DNA of 64,000 bases from Bacteroidota bacterium (GCA_014860565.1 JACZJN010000162.1:14739-78738), one strand, 5' to 3'; counted from the first letter of the stretch, positions 36,271 through 46,683 are shown. Notes: generated from the letters alone by a model not told the origin. Translations and numbers: made by a program.

Positions 36271-37906
36271 CGTATGGCTTCTGGCAGTACTTCTCCTGTA
36301 CGGCACCGCATTGGCGCAGCAGGATGCCCCTTTTCTGGAGCAGGCTCAGAAGAAGTTTGATTATGGACTTCTTCAATTCGACCTCGAGCATTGGCAATCA
36401 GCGGCACAGACCTTTGAGGACGTAGCGCGGAAATACCCGACCAATCATCGAACGACTGCTGCTTTCGTCATGGCTGCGCGCGCGTATCTTCTGTATGGCA
36501 AGCCATCATACAGTTTGCGGCTCATAGAGGATCTGCAGCGCCGTTTCCCCAACAGTACCTACCTCGCCGAAGCCTATCTGATCGCAGGCGATGCAGCAAT
36601 CGCCGCGGGAACGCCAAGTACCGCTCTTCGATGGTATGTGCAGTCCTGGTTTGCGGAAGGGGCAGATCGAGTAGCGATCTCCCGAAAGATTCAGGATGTG
36701 CATCCCGCCGAAATACCAGTGGGGGAAAGAAGATTCGTCAAGGATTTCCTTGCGACGATGCCGCTCGATAACGATCTACGGACGATTCTACGATGGGACA
36801 CACCGGGGCCGGGTGGGACGATGCCGCTGGCCAACACCAATAAAGAGGAAACGAGCGAACCGGTGCGCATCGCGGTTGCTCTGCCAATGCATGAGAAAGA
36901 TGCGAGACGCTCAGGCGCAGTCCGGGATCTGCGTGACGGGATGCTGGCGGCACTGGATATGCACAGGACGAAGAAGAAAACTCCTGTAATAATGGAGTTG
37001 CTGGATAGCGGGAATGAGGATTCTCTGCGCAATGCGATGAGAAGGCTCGACATGGACGAGCGCGCTATGGTACTTCTTGCGGGTGCCTTCAGTGACGATG
37101 CCGAACGGGTGTGCCGCATCGCAGGGGAGCTCGGCCCGCTCGTTCTCATTCCTACTGCAACTGCGGAGGAATTGACAACCTATGGATCCAATATATTTCA
37201 ACTCAATACACCGATTCTTCATCGCGCGCGACTCCTCGCCGATTTTTGCTACTTGGAACTTGATGCGCATGAAGCGATCGTTCTCGCTCCTGATCATTCC
37301 TACGCGCATGCAATGGCGGATGCATTCATGGATAGATGCCGAATCTTGAAGATTCCGGTTCAGCTCGCTGGATCATACGGGAAGAACGAGGAGGAGGTGA
37401 AGCAGATTTGCCATAAGATAGCGTCGATGAATGGGGTAAAAAATGGTATCCTCTTTGCTCCTGTCCAGAGCAGAGACGATATTGTTGCAGTTCTCAATGG
37501 GATTCACGAGGCTGGCCTTACGTTACCTGTAGTTGGAGGTGGAAACTGGAATCACCCCGATCTTCTTGCTCGATATGGGAAAGGTCTGACCCTGTATTTC
37601 GAATCGGACGTGGTCGAGGATACTTCATCTGTCGAATACAAAAATCTGCGCGAGACCTTTTCAAATCGCAGTTCACGGGCTCTGTCACGTGAAGCGCTTT
37701 TCGGCTTTGACGCAATGAACATTGCACTTTCCCTGATCGACAACGTCGGGAGCAGCAGGAAATCAGTACGTGAAGGAATAAAGGATGTATTCGAGGGTCT
37801 GCGGGCGCCTGTCAATTTTCAGCAGCAGCGCGTGAATGCAGCAATGAATATCCTCATGTCCCGCAATGGCAGCGTCCGACGTCTTGAGGCGTTCCATGCC
37901 AAATAG
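36251..37906 (+). CDS. Periplasmic protein with N-terminal TPR-like helices and a C-terminal type-I periplasmic-binding-protein-like domain (LpoA-like architecture).
   Basis: ATG 36251 gives signal peptide MAILRHSVWLLAVLLLYGTALAQQ. TPR-like helices follow (EQAQKKFDYGLLQFDLEHWQSAAQTFEDV). After that, an α/β region resembles Leu/Ile/Val-binding or ANF-receptor folds. The gene overlaps the end of the TPR gene by 20 nt. Confidence 0.45.
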   Translation: MAILRHSVWLLAVLLLYGTALAQQDAPFLEQAQKKFDYGLLQFDLEHWQSAAQTFEDVARKYPTNHRTTAAFVMAARAYLLYGKPSYSLRLIEDLQRRFPNSTYLAEAYLIAGDAAIAAGTPSTALRWYVQSWFAEGADRVAISRKIQDVHPAEIPVGERRFVKDFLATMPLDNDLRTILRWDTPGPGGTMPLANTNKEETSEPVRIAVALPMHEKDARRSGAVRDLRDGMLAALDMHRTKKKTPVIMELLDSGNEDSLRNAMRRLDMDERAMVLLAGAFSDDAERVCRIAGELGPLVLIPTATAEELTTYGSNIFQLNTPILHRARLLADFCYLELDAHEAIVLAPDHSYAHAMADAFMDRCRILKIPVQLAGSYGKNEEEVKQICHKIASMNGVKNGILFAPVQSRDDIVAVLNGIHEAGLTLPVVGGGNWNHPDLLARYGKGLTLYFESDVVEDTSSVEYKNLRETFSNRSSRALSREALFGFDAMNIALSLIDNVGSSRKSVREGIKDVFEGLRAPVNFQQQRVNAAMNILMSRNGSVRRLEAFHAK

Positions 37907-37950
37907 ATCCATTTAAGAAACAATTCTGCACACAAAAAGGGAGCATCAGT

Positions 37951-38670
37951 ATGCAGGAACAGAAGCATCCGAGCGGCGAACGCTTGCAGGGAATCAAGGA
38001 TTGGCCTGAAGGTGATCGACCACGCGAGAAACTTGTTTCACGCGGAGCAGAAGCACTGACGGACGCGGAACTACTTGCGATAATCATAAACGCCGGAACT
38101 GGGAAATTATCGGCGCTCGATATCGCCCGGAGCCTCCTTTCACGACATGGGGACCTACGAGCGCTCTCGCTGCGACCTGTCACAGAACTGTGTCGATTTA
38201 AGGGTGTCGGGACCGCCAGAGCAGTTGCCATGCTGGCCGCATTCGAACTTGGCCGTCGGCATGCCTCGATTGCTGACAAGGAGGATGTTGCAATCGTCTC
38301 ACCCGAGGATGTCGCTCATCGATATATTCCAAGGATGCGTGATTTACAGCACGAACGATTCATGGTGCTGCTGCTTAATAACGCGGGATGTATCATCAGG
38401 GAATGTGTGGTTTCAGAAGGGATTGTGAATGCGAGTCTTGTGCATCCCCGGGAGGTCTTCAGGGCGGCTGTCACGGAACTGGCCTCATCGGTGATCCTTC
38501 TGCACAATCATCCAAGCGGCGTGAGGGAGGCCAGTAGAGAAGACCACCTTATTACGAAACAACTCGTGCAAGCGGGACGAATGATGGATATTCCGGTCCA
38601 TGACCATATTATTATCTGCGGAAGCAATTACGTGAGTTTCGCTGAGAATGGCTGGCTGGACGCTCAGTAG
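37951..38670 (+). CDS. radC: RadC-like JAMM-family protein (UPF0758).
   Basis: An N-terminal helix-hairpin-helix and the JAMM motif HNHPSG with an upstream Glu; ends with GWLD. Confidence 0.85.
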   Translation: MQEQKHPSGERLQGIKDWPEGDRPREKLVSRGAEALTDAELLAIIINAGTGKLSALDIARSLLSRHGDLRALSLRPVTELCRFKGVGTARAVAMLAAFELGRRHASIADKEDVAIVSPEDVAHRYIPRMRDLQHERFMVLLLNNAGCIIRECVVSEGIVNASLVHPREVFRAAVTELASSVILLHNHPSGVREASREDHLITKQLVQAGRMMDIPVHDHIIICGSNYVSFAENGWLDAQ

Positions 38671-39962
38671 GAACGGCGTTTCCAGAGATGACGAAGCTGC
38701 TCGATGATGCGGAACTCCCGTCCTTGCGCCGTCGGACGGTAGTACTGCTTCTGCATCAGTTCTTTCGGAAGGTAGTCCTGTTCGGCGAAATGACCTGGAA
38801 AATCGTGCACATACTTGTATCCGGAGCCATAGCCCTGAGTTTTCATCAGCCCAGTAGCGGCATTACGCAGATGCAGCGGCACATCATATGGAGGAAGCGA
38901 AGCGCTATCAGCCATCGCGGAATTGATCGCCTTGTACGCGGCGTTGCTTTTCGGAGCAGCCGCCAGATAGGTGGCGGTCTGTGAGAGCACTATTCGGGCC
39001 TCGGGCATCCCGATCGCATGTACTGCCTGATAACACGCCGTAGCCAGCAGAAGCGCGTTAGGTTCCGCGTTACCAATGTCTTCCGAAGCGAGGATGATCA
39101 AACGACGGGCAATAAACAGAGGGTCCTCACCGCCCTGCAGCATACGAGCCATCCAATAGACGGCAGCGTCAGGATCGCTGCCTCGCACAGACTTGATGAA
39201 GGCGGAAATGATGTTGTAATGTTCCTCACCGCCCTTGTCATATTTCGCAAATGCGCGTTGAAATGCCTCCTCCAGAACGGTTTGCGAAATCAGGACTTTC
39301 CCGTCTTCCTCGGCGAGCAGGCAGCACATTTCAAGACCATTTAACAAGCTGCGGGCGTCGCCCCCGCTGTAGGCGATGAGCATGTCACGGTCATCAAACT
39401 GAATTTCTATCCTGCGCAAGTATTCGTCGGTTTCAATAGCGCGGACCAACAGCAGAGTGAGGTCCTCAATGGTCAGCGGATTGAGAATGTAGGTGCGTGC
39501 ACGGGAGCGGAGAGGGGGGATGATTTCGAACGACGGATTCTCTGTAGTAGCTCCGATAAGGATAATGTCACCCTGCTCAACCGCTTGCAGCAGCGCATCT
39601 TGCTGTGCTTTATTGAAGCGATGTATCTCATCGATAAAAAGCACGGTCTGAAGCTGCTCCAGTTCCATTCTTCGCTTGCGGGCAGATTCAATTATTTGAC
39701 GGACATCCTTCACGCCGGAGGAGACCGCCGAAATCTGTTCAAAGTGTGCGTGAACACGGGAACTGAGAAGGCGAGCAAGAGTGGTTTTACCGGAACCGGG
39801 TGGTCCCCAGAATACCATGCTGAAAAGCACCCCTTTTGCAAGCATCTGATAAATGGGTTTGCCTTCACCTATCAAGTGCCGCTGGCCCACGTAATCGTCA
39901 AGAATGCGTGGGCGCATCCGTTCCGCGAGCGGAATTTCCGGCAACCGAACATCCATGCTCAT
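38664..39962 (-). CDS. rarA: Replication-associated recombination protein A (MgsA/RarA AAA+ ATPase).
   Basis: Walker [10 protein letters not shown], Walker [12 protein letters not shown], and the C-terminal MgsA helical domain. Confidence 0.9.
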   Translation of the reverse strand: MSMDVRLPEIPLAERMRPRILDDYVGQRHLIGEGKPIYQMLAKGVLFSMVFWGPPGSGKTTLARLLSSRVHAHFEQISAVSSGVKDVRQIIESARKRRMELEQLQTVLFIDEIHRFNKAQQDALLQAVEQGDIILIGATTENPSFEIIPPLRSRARTYILNPLTIEDLTLLLVRAIETDEYLRRIEIQFDDRDMLIAYSGGDARSLLNGLEMCCLLAEEDGKVLISQTVLEEAFQRAFAKYDKGGEEHYNIISAFIKSVRGSDPDAAVYWMARMLQGGEDPLFIARRLIILASEDIGNAEPNALLLATACYQAVHAIGMPEARIVLSQTATYLAAAPKSNAAYKAINSAMADSASLPPYDVPLHLRNAATGLMKTQGYGSGYKYVHDFPGHFAEQDYLPKELMQKQYYRPTAQGREFRIIEQLRHLWKRRSY

Positions 39963-40738
39963 TAGCGGGAATCATTCAGCGGTTTGGCGGGAGTGTCCTT
40001 CTGCAGGCGCCGCAAGGAGTCAAGTCGTCTGAGCGAATCAGAAATTGTGCTGTCTTTGAAAGCAAGCCCACTTTCATCTTCGAAGAACCCCCGGGTGCGA
40101 AACTCCGTTTTTTGCTTTGATTCGGAAGGGATCACTTTTGCGGGGGCGGGGGTGACGGTACTGCGCCCTGTCTGACGCACGGTCTTCTCCAAATCCGTCG
40201 GGGTAGGAGATTGAGCAGGCGCTGAAGGGGGGATATTTTCATTCGCCTTGTCAAAATTACTTGTGCCTTGCTGCACGGCATCTACTTCGCGGGATTGCGG
40301 CGGGGTTGGCGGAGAAACGTGCCGTTGCTCCTCGGTAGGCTTGGAATCCTCAGGGAATCCACCGGGTGTTTCAATGCTCTGGCGCTGCGGTTGACCAGAA
40401 GGGCCCGGCTGATCAAGCTGCTGCTGTATTTCTCTCTGAAAATCCGTTACAGATATGACATACACTGATATCACCATGACAACCATCGCAGCCGCTGCCC
40501 CATAGGCATACGCCGGAATGCGGAAGCCTCCGTCAGCGGCGGGGAGGAAAAAACGCTTCCACCAGGGCAGCGCAGATTCCGCATCGAAAGCATCAATTGC
40601 GTCCGACAGATGGTACGAGAAGTCCATCGGCGCAGATACCTTGGGAAGTGACTTCAGGTCCTTAAGGAGACGCGCGGGTTCGAAAAGGGCGTCGCCTTCA
40701 TTCAATCTGGTATCATTCGGTTCAGACATGGCAGACAC
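39962..40738 (-). CDS. Putative anti-sigma factor (single TM, Pro-rich periplasmic tail).
   Basis: Directly downstream of the ECF sigma gene with an 8-nt gap. Central TM AAAAMVVMVISVYVISV. It has a low-complexity P/S/T/Q-rich C-terminus. The start is GTG at 40738 or ATG at 40729. Confidence 0.45.
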   Translation of the reverse strand: MSAMSEPNDTRLNEGDALFEPARLLKDLKSLPKVSAPMDFSYHLSDAIDAFDAESALPWWKRFFLPAADGGFRIPAYAYGAAAAMVVMVISVYVISVTDFQREIQQQLDQPGPSGQPQRQSIETPGGFPEDSKPTEEQRHVSPPTPPQSREVDAVQQGTSNFDKANENIPPSAPAQSPTPTDLEKTVRQTGRSTVTPAPAKVIPSESKQKTEFRTRGFFEDESGLAFKDSTISDSLRRLDSLRRLQKDTPAKPLNDSR

Positions 40739-40746
40739 TGGAGCAA

Positions 40747-41397
40747 TTATTCATAAATGTCTTTCAGTAATTCCTGAAGCTGGAGGCGTCCGCGGCTGAT
40801 GCGGGACTTCACCGTTCCGATGGGCATACCGACGATTTCGGCGATTTCTTCGTAACTCAATTCCTGCACATCGCGCAGAATAACCGCTTCACGGAACACA
40901 TCCGGCAACTCGAGCAGGGCCTCTTGTATGCGGTCATAGACAATACTGCTGTCAGCGCTGCGATCGGGTAACGGATCATTATCGATCAAGGGAATCGAAT
41001 ACTCTTCATCATCGTTTTTTTTACGATCGATCGGCGTCAGATACTTGCGATGGCCTCTTCGCAATTCACTTTTCGCGAGATTGCCGGCGATAGTATAGAT
41101 CCAAGTCGAAACGCGTGCGATTGTCCGGTACAGATGCTTTTTCCGGTACACTCGGATGAAGGTGTCCTGGAGAATATCCGCGGCGTCTTCGTTGTTGCCG
41201 GTGAAGCGGAATATATAGTTCATCAGGGGATTTTGATATCGCTCCACCAGGATGTCGAACGCAAGCCGTACATCGCGTTGAAACAGCAGCATGAGTTCTT
41301 CATCGGACAGCGAATCGAGGGTGACACGATCCAGCTTTTTCACCTCGATAAGCTTTTCTACCCTCTGTTCCAGGGAAAGTTCCTGGGTTTGATCCAT
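40747..41397 (-). CDS. RNA polymerase ECF-type sigma-70 factor.
   Basis: Region 2 (DILQDTFIRVYRK, TWIYTIAGNLA) and region 4 (LSYEEIAEIVGMPIGTVKSRISRGR) are both present. Confidence 0.85.
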   Translation of the reverse strand: MDQTQELSLEQRVEKLIEVKKLDRVTLDSLSDEELMLLFQRDVRLAFDILVERYQNPLMNYIFRFTGNNEDAADILQDTFIRVYRKKHLYRTIARVSTWIYTIAGNLAKSELRRGHRKYLTPIDRKKNDDEEYSIPLIDNDPLPDRSADSSIVYDRIQEALLELPDVFREAVILRDVQELSYEEIAEIVGMPIGTVKSRISRGRLQLQELLKDIYE

Positions 41398-41414
41398 GGA
41401 GTGACTGCGATGGT

Positions 41415-42464
41415 TTAGTGTGGCGAAACGGATGTCAATTGGACAACAAGCCGCGTAACGGCGACGGACGGATCAATGGGTTGGGATTTGATTGCGATGT
41501 CTGTGTCCAGAATATATTCAAAACAGCGGTCAAAATACGAGGAATCAGGAAAATATTTCACATACTTGCGGATGTTTTCAATTTGCCAGGCCCAGATCAA
41601 ACCGAGGTTTCTTGCGTCTTCGTCGGTAGTGCGCCCGCCGAATCGGTAGCCACGGACACGCCACATCAACAGAAGCTGTCGGAAAAGCATGTTGACGATC
41701 ATCAGCGGGTCTTCTGTTGAAAGCAGATGCTGAACGATTTCCTGTGCCCTGCGTCCGTTCCTCTCGAAGACGGCAGTACTGAGTTCAAAAACGTTGTACT
41801 GCCGTGACGCTCCGAGATTTTCATACACATCTTCAACTTCGATTGTCGCTTTTTCCGGTAACGCGAGCAGCATCTTTTCGATTTCAGATGAAAGCTCGCG
41901 TGTCGCGTTTCCTTTCAATGCATGGAATACCGTGCACGCTTCGGGGGTGATCGCCTTTCCTCCTTGTTCGAATTCGTGCACGATCCATTGTTGGGCAGCG
42001 GCATCTTTCAGTGACTTGAATTCCACGGCGCATCCGACCGGCGTCTTGATTTTTTCCTGTCCGAGAAGGAAAACAAGGATATCGACTGCGGACGCGGTCT
42101 TTTTCGCACGGGAACGGCCTGGTTTCAGCTCACCCCCGCAGAGGATCAGAACCGTATCGCGGGATGGATTTTGCACATACTGAGCGAGGGAAGGTTGCTT
42201 CAGCAGGCCATCACTTTCCCTCACAAAGACGACACGTTTGTCTCCCATGAAAGGGAAGGCATTCGCCGCGATTGTGATCTCCTCCGCTTTTTGTTCGCTT
42301 CCGCGGAACAGATCGAGATTGAAAGACGGATCGTTATCCCCGAGTGCCGCGGAAAGCAGCTTCTTTGCCGTACGCTCGATTAAAAACTCTTCCTCCCCGT
42401 AAAGCAAGTAAACGGGGAGGAAGGTCTTATTTTTGATGTGCTGCTGTAGATCTCTGTCCGTCAC
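41415..42464 (-). CDS. holA: DNA polymerase III δ subunit.
   Basis: GTG start. The N-terminus YLLYGEEEFLIERTAKKL matches the δ-subunit fold signature. The length is appropriate. Confidence 0.75.
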   Translation of the reverse strand: MTDRDLQQHIKNKTFLPVYLLYGEEEFLIERTAKKLLSAALGDNDPSFNLDLFRGSEQKAEEITIAANAFPFMGDKRVVFVRESDGLLKQPSLAQYVQNPSRDTVLILCGGELKPGRSRAKKTASAVDILVFLLGQEKIKTPVGCAVEFKSLKDAAAQQWIVHEFEQGGKAITPEACTVFHALKGNATRELSSEIEKMLLALPEKATIEVEDVYENLGASRQYNVFELSTAVFERNGRRAQEIVQHLLSTEDPLMIVNMLFRQLLLMWRVRGYRFGGRTTDEDARNLGLIWAWQIENIRKYVKYFPDSSYFDRCFEYILDTDIAIKSQPIDPSVAVTRLVVQLTSVSPH

Positions 42465-42494
42465 TCTATTGTCGTACCTGAAGAATGATGATTC

Positions 42495-43082
42495 TTACTT
42501 TACATGAACTTTTTTCATGATCATTTTTTCAACCGGGCGATCCCCGGAACCCGTTTTGGTCGTCGCAATTTTGTCGACAGTGTCCATGCCCTCTACGACC
42601 TTTCCAAAAATTGTGTAATTGGGCGGGAGGACGATGTCCTTGTGGCAGATGAAAAATTGACTGCCATTGGTATTCGGACCTGCATTGGCCATGGCCACGA
42701 CGCCTCTCTTGTATCCGGTTTTGTAGAGCGGGGAGTTTGCGTCGGTCTCATCCTCGAATTTTTTTCCATAGATGCTCTCGCCGCCGCTTCCGGTTCCCGT
42801 GGGATCTCCGCCCTGGATGACGAATCCATTGATGACGCGATGAAAGATGATTCCGTCATAATAGCCCTTCTTCGCGAGCTGGACAAAGTTTTCAACGGTC
42901 TTGGGGGCTTCAGCACGATACATCTCTATTTCGATGTTTCCCATGTTGGTCTCAATGACGACGATTTCCTTCTCCACCTTCTTCTCCTTTTTGTTGGATG
43001 TATTGGCATTCTGGGCGCTGGCAAGGGATGTGCCCAAAGTGAGCGCTACGATGAGCGCAGTCAACATACGGACAGTTCGCAT
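42495..43082 (-). CDS. Peptidyl-prolyl cis-trans isomerase, cyclophilin type, secreted.
   Basis: An RBS AGGAG precedes the ATG. A signal peptide is present. Cyclophilin motifs YDGIIFHRVINGFVIQGGDPTGTGSGGESIYG and GAVAMANAGPNTNGSQFFI. Confidence 0.9.
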   Translation of the reverse strand: MRTVRMLTALIVALTLGTSLASAQNANTSNKKEKKVEKEIVVIETNMGNIEIEMYRAEAPKTVENFVQLAKKGYYDGIIFHRVINGFVIQGGDPTGTGSGGESIYGKKFEDETDANSPLYKTGYKRGVVAMANAGPNTNGSQFFICHKDIVLPPNYTIFGKVVEGMDTVDKIATTKTGSGDRPVEKMIMKKVHVK

Positions 43083-43095
43083 ATCGGATCTCCTG

Positions 43096-43917
43096 TTATG
43101 GTTTGACAAAATCCATGGATATCATGAGTAGGATACCGGCACCAAGAATGATCCGGTATATGATAAAAAGCCATGTGCTATGGGAGCGAAGGTAGCGCAG
43201 AAGGAAACCAATCGAAAGGTATCCGACGACTCCGGATACCACAACTGCGACAAGCAAGGCAGCACCCAATTCCCCTGCGAGCAAGGAGCGGAGCTGGTAC
43301 AACTGATACAGTCCGCTGAGGGTGATCGCGGGAATACTCAGCAGAAAAGAAAAGCGGGCGGCATCCTCCCGGTTCAGATCGAGAAGCAATCCGGCGGTAA
43401 TCGTCGTGCCTGAACGGGATGCTCCCGGAATAAGTGCGACAGCTTGTGCGAGTCCGATCAGTTGTGTATCGAGCAGAGTCATTTGGGAGAGTGTGCGACG
43501 CCTCTTCCCAACCTTCTCAGCGAGAGTCAATAACAGGGCAAGGATGATGAGGGACAACGCTATCACCGTGAGCGAGCGAAATTCTGTTTCAATCAAATCC
43601 TTGAAGAGTAAGCCGAAAATGCCAATAGGGATAGTACCGAAGAGAATCCACCACGCCATGCTGGATTCCTTCGTTCCGAACGGCTTCAACGCCACAACGG
43701 ATCGCAGAAAGGCAGTGAAAAGGGAGACGATATCTTTCCAGAAATAGACAAAGACCGCGATAAGGGTCCCAATCTGCGTGACTGCAGTGAACGCTGCGCC
43801 AGGATCGTTCCAACCAAGAAATGCTGGTACAATCCGTAGGTGCGCTGTACTGCTCACAGGAAGAAATTCTGTCAGGCCCTGAACGATACCAAGGACTATG
43901 GCCTCCAACAGGTTCAT
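43096..43917 (-). CDS. uppP: Undecaprenyl-diphosphate phosphatase (BacA/UppP).
   Basis: LLEAIVLGIVQGLTEFLPVSSTAHL and SRSGTTITAGLL. Eight TM helices. Confidence 0.9.
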   Translation of the reverse strand: MNLLEAIVLGIVQGLTEFLPVSSTAHLRIVPAFLGWNDPGAAFTAVTQIGTLIAVFVYFWKDIVSLFTAFLRSVVALKPFGTKESSMAWWILFGTIPIGIFGLLFKDLIETEFRSLTVIALSLIILALLLTLAEKVGKRRRTLSQMTLLDTQLIGLAQAVALIPGASRSGTTITAGLLLDLNREDAARFSFLLSIPAITLSGLYQLYQLRSLLAGELGAALLVAVVVSGVVGYLSIGFLLRYLRSHSTWLFIIYRIILGAGILLMISMDFVKP

Positions 43918-43944
43918 GCGCACCTCATCGACTGATTCGATTCA

Positions 43945-46131
43945 TCAAAGCGCAACAACTTCCTTCCTGTTTAGTGCTTCAAGAATGCGGTACGTGGCGC
44001 GGGAAGTCGCCAGGATGCTCTCGAGTGGGATCACGGGATTGGATTTTTTTCGAATGGCATTCATGAATGCGACCACTTCGTTGTGGTGGCCTTTGTCTCC
44101 GTCGCCTTTCTTGCGGTTCTGTTTTCCATCACGGGCGAGGGTGAGGGTCTGGAAGTTGTCCATGACCGCCGTCGCGTTGCCGCAGCTCATGGTGATGCGC
44201 TCTTTCGGGATGGACGAATCACCGTTCGCGACATACGTGATGATGCCGATCGAGCCGTCGGTCATCCTCATCGTGATGTTTACGCTGTCGAAATTTGTCA
44301 CTGCATCATTCTCTGAAGCGATGGATTCGGCGCTGATCCGTTGCGGGAGGGCTCCGGTAAGGAACTGAATTGTATCGACGAAATGGCATACTTCACCAAT
44401 GATGCGACCGCCTCCGTCCGTAGGATGCTGTGTCCAATGATCCTTTGGGAGGAAACCCGCATTTACGTAGTAATGCACGACAGCGGGTTCACGATATTCA
44501 GCAAAAAAGGTCTGCATATCCATGACAAGGGGAGCAAAGCGGCGATTGTATCCGACCATAAGCTGTACTTTCCCGGTCAATTCCGGATGGGTCAACAGCA
44601 GAGATTCAATGGGTGCCAGCTCTTCTTCATTCAAGGCGAGTGGCTTTTCAACAAACACATGTTTTCCATGGCGCAGAGCTTCATACGCAAAGGGTGCGTG
44701 TTGGCCGTGCCGCGTTGCTATAAACACCGTCCCAATAACCTCGTCAGAAAGCACATCCGCGGGATTTGTACTTGAACGGCGGAAACCAAATTTCCCGCGC
44801 ATGTCCGCGCCGGTCAGCCCGCTGCGATTACACACGCATTCAAGTGTGACATCATCCATGGCCTTAAGGTGAGGAAGAAGGTAGCCGGAGGCGAAGCTGC
44901 CTGCGCCAACGAACCCGATCGAGAGAGAACTCCTCCTGGGAGAAATCACCGGCGCAGCCGGGATGGATGCATCCTGCGCAAGGGATTTCAAAGCTTCGGC
45001 ATCCATATCATCATAGGCCAGAACAATGCCGACGTAGGGCTCAGTCTTTTCCCCTTCGATCAGAGCGTACGCTTCGAGAGCCTCGTCGACACCGAAGCGA
45101 TGCGTTGTCAGCACATCGGTATTGATGCGTCCCTGCGCAAGCAGCTGCAGATAGGCCTGCATGTTGCGATTCTCTGTCCATCGCACGTATCCGATGGGGT
45201 AATCAAGGCCCTCTTCCTCATAATGCTTGTCGTAGCGACCGGGTCCGTAGGAACGGGAAATGCGTATGTCGATTTCCTTCATGTAGTATGGACCACGCGG
45301 AATGTTCATGGAGGCAGCGCCAACAATGACCACCCGGCCACGTTCGCGTGTAATTTTTCCCGCCAGATCAATCGGATCGTTGCTCGAAGTCCCGGCGGTG
45401 ATGATCACGGCGTCAGCTCCGTAACCCCCGCTCATGGACTGTACGACGCTCACAACAGGATCGTCATGCCGGTGCAGCGCGGCGTCGGCACCGGAACGGA
45501 TGGCCATTTGCACAGCAAGAGGATCGAGGTCCACGCCGATGACCTTGCAGCCGTTGGCCTTGAGAAACTGTACTGTAAATTGGCCCAGAAGTCCCAAACC
45601 GATGACGACGATGGTTTCCCCCAGCAGCGGTTCAGTCTGGCGAACGCCCTGCAGGGCAATGGATGCGATGGTCGTGTAGGCGGCGGACTCGGTGGATACG
45701 CCATCGGGAATGCGCGCCACGAGATTGCGTGGGACGGCAACCAGATCGCTATGGAACGCATACTCCGCTCCGGCGCAGGCAACACGGTCTCCGATCTCCA
45801 GGTCGTGAACACTTTCCTCAACTGCCACCACGACCCCAGCGGTACTGTACCCGAGCCCGGCGTACGAATCGAGTTTCCCCATGATGCGCTTGTAGGTGCG
45901 AGTCAGGCCGTTTTTCTTCACTTCATCGATCACTTTCCGAACTTCCTCGGGCTGACTTTTTGCACGCTGCAGCAGGGAAGATTTGCGGGAATCAACCGAC
46001 GTTTTCTCTGTCCCCGCGCTGATCACGGAGAAATAATTTTTCACGAGCACCATGCCGCTGCCGATGGCCGGAGTGGGGACATCGGATACTTTCATGGCGC
46101 CGGTTTTGATGTGTTGTGCGATCTGTTTCAT
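43945..46131 (-). CDS. Bi-domain oxidoreductase: an N-terminal zinc-type alcohol dehydrogenase (MDR) domain fused to a C-terminal Gfo/Idh/MocA NAD(P)-binding domain.
   Basis: An MDR Rossmann motif VIGLGLLGQ and, in the second half, a Gfo/Idh/MocA-type IGFVGAGSFASGY. Total length is about 730 aa. Confidence 0.75.
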   Translation of the reverse strand: MKQIAQHIKTGAMKVSDVPTPAIGSGMVLVKNYFSVISAGTEKTSVDSRKSSLLQRAKSQPEEVRKVIDEVKKNGLTRTYKRIMGKLDSYAGLGYSTAGVVVAVEESVHDLEIGDRVACAGAEYAFHSDLVAVPRNLVARIPDGVSTESAAYTTIASIALQGVRQTEPLLGETIVVIGLGLLGQFTVQFLKANGCKVIGVDLDPLAVQMAIRSGADAALHRHDDPVVSVVQSMSGGYGADAVIITAGTSSNDPIDLAGKITRERGRVVIVGAASMNIPRGPYYMKEIDIRISRSYGPGRYDKHYEEEGLDYPIGYVRWTENRNMQAYLQLLAQGRINTDVLTTHRFGVDEALEAYALIEGEKTEPYVGIVLAYDDMDAEALKSLAQDASIPAAPVISPRRSSLSIGFVGAGSFASGYLLPHLKAMDDVTLECVCNRSGLTGADMRGKFGFRRSSTNPADVLSDEVIGTVFIATRHGQHAPFAYEALRHGKHVFVEKPLALNEEELAPIESLLLTHPELTGKVQLMVGYNRRFAPLVMDMQTFFAEYREPAVVHYYVNAGFLPKDHWTQHPTDGGGRIIGEVCHFVDTIQFLTGALPQRISAESIASENDAVTNFDSVNITMRMTDGSIGIITYVANGDSSIPKERITMSCGNATAVMDNFQTLTLARDGKQNRKKGDGDKGHHNEVVAFMNAIRKKSNPVIPLESILATSRATYRILEALNRKEVVAL

Positions 46132-46172
46132 TCCCAAAAAGTAAGCTTTTACCCCGTTTTTTCCTATACAAT

Positions 46173-46194
46173 AACGGCTCCCGCAGGAGCCGTT
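46173..46194 (-). terminator. Hairpin terminator after the Spy-like gene.
   Basis: A perfect 9-bp stem AACGGCTCC/GGAGCCGTT with a 4-nt loop, followed on the minus strand by AUUGUAU. Confidence 0.45.
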
Positions 46195-46215
46195 GAATGC
46201 GATTTGGCCAGGATA

Positions 46216-46683
46216 TCAGCGACGCGGTGGCCGCCCGGCATTTTCGAGCAGGCGTCTGACTTCCTGACGGAAATGCTGTTCAAAAAGGACGATTTTTGCT
46301 ATTTGCTGCATGCTGAGAAAATCGTTCAGAGAAAGAAGAAACGTGTGTTTTTCATGGGCAATTTGTGCATCGATTTCGTCCAGATGCACAAGCTGATTTC
46401 GCAGAGCACTGTCGTCTGCCTTCTCCTCGATCAGTCCATGCAATCCCTTGATAATGCCTTTCCGCTTTTCAAGGAGCGCTCGCTCGCCCTCACGGAATTC
46501 CTTCTCGCGAACGGAGAGACGGAGCGCCTGCTCCTCATTGAGATCCAGCGCATCGATCATTTTAATGCGCCTCAACTGCTCGAGTCTCTCACGTCCTTTA
46601 CCCTCGGGCAGAGGATCGTCTTGCGCGTATGCGGCAGTAAATAGAAAAATGGTCATCGATAGCAGGAGCAGTGTGGTTTTCAT
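46216..46683 (-). CDS. Periplasmic Spy/CpxP-like LTxxQ-motif protein.
   Basis: Signal peptide. Helical, with LNEEQALRL and LSMQQIAKI motifs. It is the third gene of the ECF σ / anti-σ cluster. Confidence 0.5.
   Translation of the reverse strand: MKTTLLLLSMTIFLFTAAYAQDDPLPEGKGRERLEQLRRIKMIDALDLNEEQALRLSVREKEFREGERALLEKRKGIIKGLHGLIEEKADDSALRNQLVHLDEIDAQIAHEKHTFLLSLNDFLSMQQIAKIVLFEQHFRQEVRRLLENAGRPPRR

Noticed and set aside
44869-46644. 591-aa plus-strand ORF.
   Set aside because: It is antisense to the bi-domain oxidoreductase and the Spy-like gene. Its composition is low-complexity Gly/Arg/His-rich with no motifs.
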